The translations under genes were made by a program, and so were the position numbers. This document shows positions 20,879 to 28,241 of a DNA stretch of 64,000 bases, one piece after another; the first letter of the stretch is position 1, and every line of letters begins with the position of its first letter. Below the pieces are notes generated by a model. It was given only the letters and a program-made list of their open reading frames with translations. It was not told the origin of the DNA and did no database searches. Source of the DNA: Candidatus Omnitrophota bacterium (lineage in GTDB: Bacteria; Omnitrophota; Gorgyraeia; Duberdicusellales; 4484-171); contig JAFGQU010000023.1 in NCBI GenBank assembly GCA_016935525.1, positions 64,897 to 128,896 of the forward strand. The letters run 5' to 3'.

Positions 20879-21463
20879 CTAGAGACGGATAAGGTAAAGG
20901 ATTCCTTTACGCACAAGCATTACCGCGATTGCCGCTAAAAGAAGGCTGGTGATCTTAGAAAGGACTTTCGCGCCCGAAACACCGATTATTTTGATCAATA
21001 CCCGGGATAACGAAAAAATTATTCCGGCCAAACACACATTTACCGCGACCGACCATAACGTGACCATCACTCCGTATTGGCCGATAAGGATCAACGAAGT
21101 AGTAAGTACCGCCGGCCCGACAATAAGCGGAGTACCCAGGGGGACCGCTCCTAATTCCTGAGAAGGAATGCGGCGTTTTTTTCCGGGAATGACCATATCG
21201 ATGATCGCGATACAAAACAGGACTATTCCTCCGGCGATCATAAAATCACCCATAGTAATACCCAAAAACCCGAATACCGCCTGCCCGATAAACACAAAAC
21301 CGATCGCGACCAGAAGCGCCGTCACTACCGACTGCATGATCACCCGTATCTTTTTTCGGGGATCCAACCCCTGGGTAAGCGAGATGAAAATCGGTAACAC
21401 CCCCACCGCATCGACTGCGACAAAAATCGGGATAAACGCGAGCAAAAACTTTTCAACTGACAT
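20879..21463 (-). CDS. MarC-family six-TM membrane protein
   Basis: PIFVAVDAVG, FMIAGGIVLF, AVPLGTPLIVGPA, LLLAAIAV motifs. Confidence 0.9.
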   Translation of the reverse strand: MSVEKFLLAFIPIFVAVDAVGVLPIFISLTQGLDPRKKIRVIMQSVVTALLVAIGFVFIGQAVFGFLGITMGDFMIAGGIVLFCIAIIDMVIPGKKRRIPSQELGAVPLGTPLIVGPAVLTTSLILIGQYGVMVTLWSVAVNVCLAGIIFSLSRVLIKIIGVSGAKVLSKITSLLLAAIAVMLVRKGILYLIRL

Positions 21464-21477
21464 GTAAAATCCTTTCT

Positions 21478-21639
21478 TTATTCGGCCCTATCACGGATCG
21501 CTTTCACTCTCAAAGGATCTACGCTGACGATCTCCAGTAACGCTTCGCATTCGGCGCAATGGAACGTATCGGATGCTTCTAAATCCGATTCCAGATTAAA
21601 CTCTTCCGCGCAGACCGGACATTTTATCTTCGCTATCAT
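21478..21639 (-). CDS. LysW-like zinc-ribbon small protein (putative amino-group carrier), 53 aa
   Basis: Own translation MIAKIKCPVCAEEFNLESDLEASDTFHCAECEALLEIVSVDPLRVKAIRDRAE*; AAAGGAGG RBS; CxxC...CxxC..LE(I/V)VS.DPL signature of LysW; lacks EDWGE. Confidence 0.8.
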   Translation of the reverse strand: MIAKIKCPVCAEEFNLESDLEASDTFHCAECEALLEIVSVDPLRVKAIRDRAE

Positions 21640-21683
21640 AGGCCTCCTTTATTCGAGAACATTTATTTTTTACCTGCTCTCGG

Positions 21684-22160
21684 TTATATCCCGTGAGTAC
21701 GGATCTTTTTATAAAAAATGACTAAATCGTCACCGGCCCCATAAAAATCCGGGATGATCCCGCTCTGAATAAACCCGCGCTTCCGGTAGAAATCGCAGGC
21801 GATCGCGTATTCTCTGCGGGTAGAAGTCTCAACGCGAATAAGCGCTTCACTCGTACAAGTCAAAATAAACTCTTCCGCCCGCTGCATCATCTTTTTCCCG
21901 AGCCCCTTACCGTGATACTTTTTATCGACGATGAGCCAGTAAATATCCCAGGTAGATCGAGTCATAGGGGTCTGGCCAAAAAGAAGAAAACCGGCGGGCC
22001 CGGAGCCTTGCGGTATTTCTTCATGAATAAGCCGGTAATTCACATCGGGTTTTGCAAAACAATCTTCCAAAAGTTCCCGCAATACCACGCACTCTTCGGG
22101 ATGGAATATACCGGTGCTTCGGGCAATATCTATATATCGTTCGACTGTCGTCTCTACCAT
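21684..22160 (-). CDS. GNAT-family N-acetyltransferase
   Basis: WDIYWLIVD..YHGKGLGK acetyl-CoA motif A, VETS, FYRKRGF, IPDFY. Confidence 0.9.
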   Translation of the reverse strand: MVETTVERYIDIARSTGIFHPEECVVLRELLEDCFAKPDVNYRLIHEEIPQGSGPAGFLLFGQTPMTRSTWDIYWLIVDKKYHGKGLGKKMMQRAEEFILTCTSEALIRVETSTRREYAIACDFYRKRGFIQSGIIPDFYGAGDDLVIFYKKIRTHGI

Positions 22161-23170
22161 ATTCTCTTTTTGCGGTAATGACGCAAAGCCATCGCGATCA
22201 ATCTGGTAATAAATTCTTCGTAACGATACCCTTTATGGTATACCTGCCGCAGCAGGCCGCTGTCCCGGTTGATATCGGGATTAGGATTCACATCCAGCAC
22301 AAACAGTTTTTCCCGGCGTTGGCGGATATCGACGCGAAAATATCCCCGTCCTCTCACGAGACCCCCTACCCGCTGGCAGATATCGTATAACTGTTTTTTC
22401 ACCGTTTTAGAGATGATCTCGGTCACCTCCGGCACGATCGCATGGTATTGGACCGAATCGATGTTCCACTTGGCGTCATACGTAAGAAAAGGCGAAAAAT
22501 CCGTATACCGCTCATAATCGATCACCGAAATCCCCAGGACTTCATAGGGGTAGTTTCCCATCATACCTACGTTATATTCTTTTCCGGGAATAAATTCTTC
22601 GATAAGCACCCCTGAAGGAAATTCTGATAATTTTTTTTCGGCTTTTTTTAAAAGTTCCCGGGAACTCCACACCAACGAATCATTATCAATACCTACGCTG
22701 GCGTCTTCGGAGGCGGGTTTTATGAAAAAAGGCGGCTCGATAGTAACCCGGTCAATATCTTCGATATTGCGGATCAAATATCCTTTGGGAACGGAAATCT
22801 CGTTCTCTTCCAACAAAGCCTTCAGAACGGATTTATTCAGACATTTCTCAAGAGTATAGGCTGAATTTCCGGTAAACGGAATATCCATTTTTTCCAACTG
22901 AGCGGCAAATTCGGCTTCTTTTTGCGGTTGGTCACCGAACCCTTCGAATAGATTGAACACACAAAAAGCCTTCATTGCCTCCAACATATCCCTGATGTTT
23001 TGCGGGCCGTAAAAATCCTCTTTACTTACCCTGAGCGTCTCGACAGTATAGTTTCTCGCCCGTAAAGATTCTTCAACCGCATCCCGGCACCGTAACGCAT
23101 CTATGACGTCTCTGCGGGCGACATCATCCTTTGCGATAGCGATGACTATCCGCTTCTCTTTTTTGTTCAT
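22154..23170 (-). CDS. ATP-grasp ligase, D-Ala-D-Ala-ligase-like
   Basis: VFNLFEG, PFTGN, CLNK, IKPASEDASVGI, IEEFIPGKEYNV, YFRVDIR, DVNPNPD; start uncertain (MNKKEK at 23170, or 23221). Confidence 0.88.
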   Translation of the reverse strand: MNKKEKRIVIAIAKDDVARRDVIDALRCRDAVEESLRARNYTVETLRVSKEDFYGPQNIRDMLEAMKAFCVFNLFEGFGDQPQKEAEFAAQLEKMDIPFTGNSAYTLEKCLNKSVLKALLEENEISVPKGYLIRNIEDIDRVTIEPPFFIKPASEDASVGIDNDSLVWSSRELLKKAEKKLSEFPSGVLIEEFIPGKEYNVGMMGNYPYEVLGISVIDYERYTDFSPFLTYDAKWNIDSVQYHAIVPEVTEIISKTVKKQLYDICQRVGGLVRGRGYFRVDIRQRREKLFVLDVNPNPDINRDSGLLRQVYHKGYRYEEFITRLIAMALRHYRKKRIW

Positions 23171-23190
23171 ATTTTTAGTCAGGAAAAACT

Positions 23191-25374
23191 TCAGGTATCG
23201 TAAGAAGAACCGGTCTCCCACCGAAAACCGTACCGCGTAAATGCCGCCTTAAGCAACATCCTTACCAGTTGCCGGTAACTCCCTCCGTGTAAACGGTAAA
23301 GGATAGGCAAATCGCTGTAGAGCGGCGAGAGCCCCGGTAACGGATTGATATCGATGACCTTAGGGACATTATCCTTATCCAGGCGAAAATCGATACGGGC
23401 GATATCGCGTAATTCCAGCGCCGAAAAAGCTTTTAACGCATATTCGACCACCCGGGCCCGGACTTCTTCGGCGATGGCATCCTGCGGGTAATACGCCACG
23501 GCTTTTTGCCATTGCCGTTTATTCTCGATAGAATAAATAAACGGGTCATTACTTGCCTGTCGCGGCCCGATTTTCATCATCCCGATCACACGGGCGTCAT
23601 GGCCGTTACCGCATATTCCGACGGTGATCTCATCGTGAGGCAGAAATTCTTCAATAAGTACCGGCTGGCGGTATTGCGCAAGAAGAGCTGTCCCTTGCAT
23701 TTTTAATTGAGCGAAATCACGCACCAGAGATTTTGAGAAGATCCCTTTAGAAGAGCCCTCCCACCGGGGTTTCATGATAAAGCTCTGATACGTAAGGAAA
23801 ATATTTTCTAACGAATCGATCTCCTCAGGACGGGAAACCATATACATACCGGGAACCGGTATCCGGGCCTGAGACAGAAAGGCGTGAGTCAGGTATTTAT
23901 CCAGGCTCACCCCCAAAGCGATCGGATCCGAACCGGAATAAGGGATCTTGAGCGCTTCTAACATCGCCGGCACCTGCGATTCACGGCTACGGGTATTACC
24001 GATACCTTCGGTAATATTCAGTATGAAATCCGGCCGGTGGGCTTTTATTTTTTCTACGAAGTTTTCCGCCTGCTCGAACAACAGGGTTTTAACCCCGCAG
24101 TGTTCGATCTCTTTTTTTAATTGTTCGATCGTCTCGATCTCGTCATACTCTTCTTCGTCATCATCGACCTTATCGTTTCGCTTCAGGTTAAAGGCGATAC
24201 CCACGGTGTTTACCTTGATCTTTTTCAGCGGCGCGCGGACTTGACGGGAATTTTCGGGATTATAGTAAAAAAATGGTTCCCCTTTATAATTTTCAAGGAC
24301 GATACCCTGCGGAGACGCCGATACCAGGTAGTTCGGCCCTAACGGCACTTTCCCTTTACCGTCGATGCCATCGACGACGAAGGTCGGGATACACATGCCG
24401 CTGGTATATCCGCGTAGATGCTTCAGGATATCTATCCCTTTTTCTACCGACGTACGAAAATGCCAGGTCCCCAGTACCGGGTCGCATTGGAAAAGATAAT
24501 AAGGCCTTACCCGTATCGCCTGAAGCTTCTGACAGAGTTCACGCATTACGTGAGGATCATCGTTTATCCCTTTCAGAAGGACCGACTGGTTACTGAGCGG
24601 GATACCGCACCTCTGCAGTCTCTGACAGGCTTGAGCGGCAGATTCGGTCACCTCGCGCGGATGATTAAACTGTATGTTCACCCATAACTTCTCATATTTT
24701 TTAAGCGTACGGCAAAGGTACTCATCGATCCTTTGCGGAAGTACTACCGGCGCGCGGGTCCCGATACGGATGACTTCTATATGCGGTATTGATGAGACCA
24801 TATCCAGGATATGGTCAAGCCGGGCGGTCGCCAGCGTCAACGGGTCTCCTCCGGATACGATGATCTCTCTGATCTCGGCATGGCTCTTTACATATTCCAG
24901 GGCACCCGCGATATCATGTAACGTCGGCTCGCTCGTTTTTTCCCGCCATAGACGTTTACGCGTACAATGACGGCAATACATGAAGCATCTTCCCGTTACC
25001 AATAATAGCGCCCGGTCCGGATAACGATGCACCAGATACGGATTAGGGGAAGTTTTTTCTTCTCCTAACGGATCGATCGTCTCGTGAGTCTCATCCATGA
25101 GCTCTTCCGGCGCGGGAATACATTGGCGGCGGATGGGATCGGCAGGATCATAATGGGTTTCGATCAAAGAAAAATAATATTGGGTAGTACGCATATGGTA
25201 TACCTGTTCGACTTCTTTTAACCGGGTATACTCCTGGGGGCAGACCATAAGCAGGTCTGCAACGTCATCTATCGATTTAAACGAGTGCCGGGATGCGGCC
25301 TGCCAATTTTTATCCTGTACGACAAGGTCCTTACATCCTCCAGGTTCCTCTTCTGATTTTCGCTCAACGTTCAT
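23191..25374 (-). CDS. KamA-type radical SAM/PLP 2,3-aminomutase fused to a C-terminal D-Ala-D-Ala-ligase-like ATP-grasp domain
   Basis: HRYPDR, CFMYCRHCTR, SGGDPL, NQSVLLKGIND, YQCD-like LFQCD, VVDG..GKGK; then FILNITEG, SRESQVPA, KPRWEGSSKGI, RIDFR, INPLPGL; AAAGGAG RBS before ATG 25374. Confidence 0.9.
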   Translation of the reverse strand: MNVERKSEEEPGGCKDLVVQDKNWQAASRHSFKSIDDVADLLMVCPQEYTRLKEVEQVYHMRTTQYYFSLIETHYDPADPIRRQCIPAPEELMDETHETIDPLGEEKTSPNPYLVHRYPDRALLLVTGRCFMYCRHCTRKRLWREKTSEPTLHDIAGALEYVKSHAEIREIIVSGGDPLTLATARLDHILDMVSSIPHIEVIRIGTRAPVVLPQRIDEYLCRTLKKYEKLWVNIQFNHPREVTESAAQACQRLQRCGIPLSNQSVLLKGINDDPHVMRELCQKLQAIRVRPYYLFQCDPVLGTWHFRTSVEKGIDILKHLRGYTSGMCIPTFVVDGIDGKGKVPLGPNYLVSASPQGIVLENYKGEPFFYYNPENSRQVRAPLKKIKVNTVGIAFNLKRNDKVDDDEEEYDEIETIEQLKKEIEHCGVKTLLFEQAENFVEKIKAHRPDFILNITEGIGNTRSRESQVPAMLEALKIPYSGSDPIALGVSLDKYLTHAFLSQARIPVPGMYMVSRPEEIDSLENIFLTYQSFIMKPRWEGSSKGIFSKSLVRDFAQLKMQGTALLAQYRQPVLIEEFLPHDEITVGICGNGHDARVIGMMKIGPRQASNDPFIYSIENKRQWQKAVAYYPQDAIAEEVRARVVEYALKAFSALELRDIARIDFRLDKDNVPKVIDINPLPGLSPLYSDLPILYRLHGGSYRQLVRMLLKAAFTRYGFRWETGSSYDT

Positions 25375-25432
25375 GGTCACGTCTCCTTTACTTTTTACGA
25401 TCTGTCCGGTCACACGTCTCTTTAACATAAAA

Positions 25433-25573
25433 TCACCCCGATAGCTTTTTCGTAAAAAAATCTAAAGAATATTTTCTTTCTATTTTTATTTTGGAAATCA
25501 TTTCACACAACGACGGAGGCTCGTCGCCGGCCGGATGATGTTCATCTTCACTGCCGAGATTATGGATTGGCAT
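25433..25573 (-). CDS. Putative 46-aa peptide between arsR and the aminomutase
   Basis: Own translation MPIHNLGSEDEHHPAGDEPPSLCEMISKIKIERKYSLDFFTKKLSG*; GAGGTG RBS; start overlaps the arsR 3' end. Confidence 0.45.
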   Translation of the reverse strand: MPIHNLGSEDEHHPAGDEPPSLCEMISKIKIERKYSLDFFTKKLSG

Positions 25574-25934
25574 TGTGCACCTCATTGGCCGGGGAGGGAC
25601 GTTCATTTTTTATTTTTTCCAACATCACCCGGTCGTTCTGCAGTTGTTCGAATGAGGAAAATTGGGAAAAGAAAAAATCGAGGATCTTTTTCTGTTCGTT
25701 CTCTATATTTTTATGGAGACTGTAATACATACTGTTCCCTTCCCGGCGGTCCGAGACGATTTTAAGTAATCTTAACCGGACCAGATGCCGGGAGATCACC
25801 GGCTGACTGATTCGGAGTATTGCCTGTATTTCTTTTACCATCAGCGGTTCGTTATTCATCAGAAGAAAAACTATTCTTAACCGTGTATCATCGGCCAGAG
25901 TCTTTAAGAATTGCCGGAATGATTTAATATCCAT
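25560..25934 (-). CDS. ArsR/SmtB-family transcriptional regulator
   Basis: LKTLADDTRLRI, SQPVISRHLVRL, RREGNSMYYSL. Confidence 0.93.
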   Translation of the reverse strand: MDIKSFRQFLKTLADDTRLRIVFLLMNNEPLMVKEIQAILRISQPVISRHLVRLRLLKIVSDRREGNSMYYSLHKNIENEQKKILDFFFSQFSSFEQLQNDRVMLEKIKNERPSPANEVHNANP

Positions 25935-26007
25935 ATTTGCTTATCTGTATATATCAATATCCCTATATATCAATTAAAGTATATACTATTTATCCTTTAT
26001 TTGTCAA
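25933..26007 (-). promoter_or_regulatory. Promoter and putative tandem ArsR operator
   Basis: TTGACA-N18-TATACT on the minus strand (26007-25978); ATAT-N12-ATAT-N12-ATAT at 25933-25968. Confidence 0.5.
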
Positions 26008-26121
26008 TATTTTTTTCATCTATTTTTTAAAAAATATACCCTCTACCGGAAAGGATCGGCCTGATGAGTATGAGGTAAATAGCTGACATAGATGGGGAAA
26101 ATTGGCCACAAATAAGGCGGG

Positions 26122-26160
26122 AAAAAAACAGCCGGAAAGGACTTTTTAGCCCTTTCCGGC
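26122..26160 (-). terminator. Rho-independent terminator after the flagellin gene
   Basis: GCCGGAAAGG / CCTTTCCGGC 10-bp stem followed by TGTTTTTTT on the minus strand. Confidence 0.8.
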
Positions 26161-26167
26161 ATAATTG

Positions 26168-26995
26168 CTATAATGATTGCAGTAATCCCAGCGCGAGACT
26201 CTGGGCACTATTGGCCTGGACTAACGCCGAAATCCCTGCCTGCACGATGATCTGCTGATTGGTCAAGTTGGTAGTTTCCTGTGCCAGATCAGCATTAATG
26301 ATCCGGCTCTTCGCCGCGGTCAAATTCTCAACTAACGCATCCTGCGCATCAGCACTCTTGGTAAACGCGTTACCTTGAGCACCAACCTGTGCGATTACCT
26401 GTCCGATTGCCGAGAACGCGTTAGAAAGAGCCTGTAACGCAGACGAAGCTGCGCCCTGCGAGGTAATAGATGTTGCGGAAATCGCAAGTCCACCACCACC
26501 ATAGGTCAACGCGCCGATCTGGATCGTAACATTATTAGCGGTACCTTCACCGACACGGATCGATACCGTCATCCCACCGGCTAACAGAGTCTGGTCTAAA
26601 AATTTGGTATTCAGAGCCAATCTCTGCATTTCCGGAAGGATCCGGGAATATTCCTCATTGAGCAAGCCGCGTTCGGAATCACTCAAGAGCCCGTTCATCG
26701 CATCAGACGCTAACTGATACAACCGTTCCAGATCTTCGACCATAATCGTCAAATAACTATCTGCGGTGTTAATAAGATCAAGTCCTAACTTTAAAGAATT
26801 AGAACCTGATTGCCAAGCGGTGATACTTTTCCCCAAACGAGCCGCTAATAAAAGCCCGGCCGGGTCATCTTTTGCGTTGTTAATTCTTTTCCCGGAAGCA
26901 AGTCGTTCCAGAGTAGTGTTGAGACCTCTCTGTTGTATACCCAGCTGCCGCTGGGCAGTCATCGATGGGATGTTACTTCTTATGTACAATGGCAT
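26168..26995 (-). CDS. Flagellin-family protein (short, D0/D1 only, divergent)
   Basis: LERLASGKRINNAKDDPAGL N-terminus; AAKSRIINADLAQETTNLT.QQI..QAG.S.L.QAN C-terminus. Confidence 0.9.
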   Translation of the reverse strand: MPLYIRSNIPSMTAQRQLGIQQRGLNTTLERLASGKRINNAKDDPAGLLLAARLGKSITAWQSGSNSLKLGLDLINTADSYLTIMVEDLERLYQLASDAMNGLLSDSERGLLNEEYSRILPEMQRLALNTKFLDQTLLAGGMTVSIRVGEGTANNVTIQIGALTYGGGGLAISATSITSQGAASSALQALSNAFSAIGQVIAQVGAQGNAFTKSADAQDALVENLTAAKSRIINADLAQETTNLTNQQIIVQAGISALVQANSAQSLALGLLQSL

Positions 26996-26996
26996 T

Positions 26997-27097
26997 ATTA
27001 CCTCCTTGTGTAATGGTAATCCTCCTTGATTACCTCATCCCTTTGCTTTACCGGATATCCCCTTTGTGGACATACCTCCCTCCTTTTCAGTCCACAA
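26997..27097 (-). promoter_or_regulatory. Flagellin 5' leader with multiple GGA-loop hairpins (CsrA/RsmA-type sites)
   Basis: mRNA hairpins AUUAC-ACAAGGAG-GUAAU (contains the SD), GGUAAUC-AAGGAG-GAUUACC, UUGUGGAC-[..AAGGAGGGAGG..]-GUCCACAA. Confidence 0.65.
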
Positions 27098-27295
27098 TTA
27101 AAGGTGTAACACAAAAGTTAGCTCGGTTTCAAGGGGAGAATAACAACTATTTATATCATAACATATTGTGCGGCAGTATGTTATAAGATTTGCTCCCGCC
27201 TTTAGGCATTTTAAAACCCATGGGGCGGTCTGATTACGTAACTATATGTACAGTAATGAGTTATGGATATAAAGGGCGGGCTATGGATACGATAT

Positions 27296-27745
27296 TTAAT
27301 CCGTATCGATACGGGTACTCTGTTTAATAGTGGTCTCTATTCGCGGAGCCGATGCTTTCGCTTTTTCTACTTCGGCATGTTCCCGGGCGACCTCGGCAGA
27401 GGTACGCTGGGGCCCGCCTAAAAATTCCCAACCGATCTCGAGGAGGATCCCGTCTTTAAATATATAGGGGGTAAACTCATCATCGGTCGTCTCCCCATCG
27501 GGGATGTAAGCCGAACGGGCATAATAAATATCATAGATATGGCCGTCCCGGGAAAACCGTTCCTGAGGCTTACGATCGGCAAACCCCATCCTCTGCTGAT
27601 CCGGTTCTAAGAGAGAAAGCACCTTCGCTTTAGAATCGCCTAACTGAATATGGTCGTATGCCGCATAATAGTTATGTACCGCTTTCGGCACCCGGGCGCA
27701 ACCGGTAAAGATAACCAATAAAACGATCAACAGGTATTGTCGCAT
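27296..27745 (-). CDS. Lipoprotein, DUF3192-like
   Basis: Lipobox FTGC; LGDSKAKV...YYAR...DGETTDDEFTPYIFKDG..IGW pattern. Confidence 0.7.
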   Translation of the reverse strand: MRQYLLIVLLVIFTGCARVPKAVHNYYAAYDHIQLGDSKAKVLSLLEPDQQRMGFADRKPQERFSRDGHIYDIYYARSAYIPDGETTDDEFTPYIFKDGILLEIGWEFLGGPQRTSAEVAREHAEVEKAKASAPRIETTIKQSTRIDTD

Positions 27746-27897
27746 TGAATATCCTCCTTTTCGTTATTTTATTATACTGGAAAGGCGGGAACAAGACAAT
27801 AAATCAGGTTTGTCCGTTGGCCCGTTCGCCGGTGAGCCCGTTCTACATATCTAAGCAATAGCCATTATCGTTTAACGCTTCCCTATGGGAAAGCCTC

Positions 27898-27926
27898 TTT
27901 ACATCTGGGCATAAATCTGATATAAA
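27898..27926 (+). promoter_or_regulatory. Sigma70-type promoter upstream of the tRNA-His locus
   Basis: TTTACA-N17-TATAAA. Confidence 0.5.
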
Positions 27927-27945
27927 TACTAATCCTTCCCTGAAT

Positions 27946-28086
27946 GGTGGGCGTAGCTTCAATGAACCGCAGCTTACCGAAGGATAAGTTGCCTGGTCGA
28001 ATTGACCCCTGCGGGATTTCAGAGAAATCCCTTCAATCAAAAGAATAAATGATTTCCAGAGGAAATCAGCAGGGGCAGTTGGCAGA
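27946..28086 (+). pseudogene. Duplicated tRNA-His 5' fragment interrupted by a 117-nt multi-hairpin insert
   Basis: GGTGGGCGTAGCT (27946-27958) + insert + CAGTTGGCAGA (28076-28086) together equal the first 24 nt of the downstream tRNA-His. Confidence 0.75.
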
Positions 28087-28124
28087 ATCCGCTCTTTTAC
28101 AAGATATACGTTTTAATTCTATAA

Positions 28125-28201
28125 GGTGGGCGTAGCTCAGTTGGCAGAGCACTTGACTGTGGCTCAAGATGTCGCGGGTTCAAATCCCGTCGCCCACCCC
28201 A
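28125..28201 (+). tRNA. tRNA-His (GTG), with G-1 and encoded CCA
   Basis: GGTGGGCG...CGCCCACC-CCA acceptor stem, CTTGA-CTGTGGC-TCAAG anticodon arm, GGTTCAAATCC T-loop. Confidence 0.97.
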
Positions 28202-28241
28202 TTCTTGTCACCCAGCCGAAATAGGATTGAGGAAGGTTGTT

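Noticed and set aside
20879-21463. Antibiotic-resistance gene (from the MarC name)
   Set aside because: The MarC family name is historical; a resistance role is not supported
21478-21639. Canonical LysW of lysine/arginine biosynthesis
   Set aside because: No EDWGE tail and no lysX/lysZ/lysY/lysJ/lysK in the window; kept only as LysW-like
22154-24220. Peptidoglycan D-Ala-D-Ala ligases (ddl/van)
   Set aside because: They lack the N-terminal GG.S.E and HG..GEDG motifs of true Ddl, and the context is aminomutase/GNAT rather than mur or van genes
23191-25374. EpmB (EF-P beta-lysylation) or lysine-fermentation KamA
   Set aside because: No efp/epmA or kamDE/kdd/kce genes nearby; it is fused to an ATP-grasp domain instead
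25433-25435. Selenocysteine or stop readthrough joining the 46-aa ORF to the aminomutase
   Set aside because: Reading through the TGA stays in a different frame and reaches TAA after 14 more sense codons
27843-28040. Short ORFs over tRNA and repeat regions (27843-28040, 34782-35018, 35153-35380, 63005-63190)
   Set aside because: They overlap tRNAs or repeat inserts and give low-complexity translations without RBS
27946-28086. Intron-containing second tRNA-His gene
   Set aside because: After removing the insert only 24 nt of tRNA remain; no anticodon or T arm follows, and no group I/II intron core is recognisable
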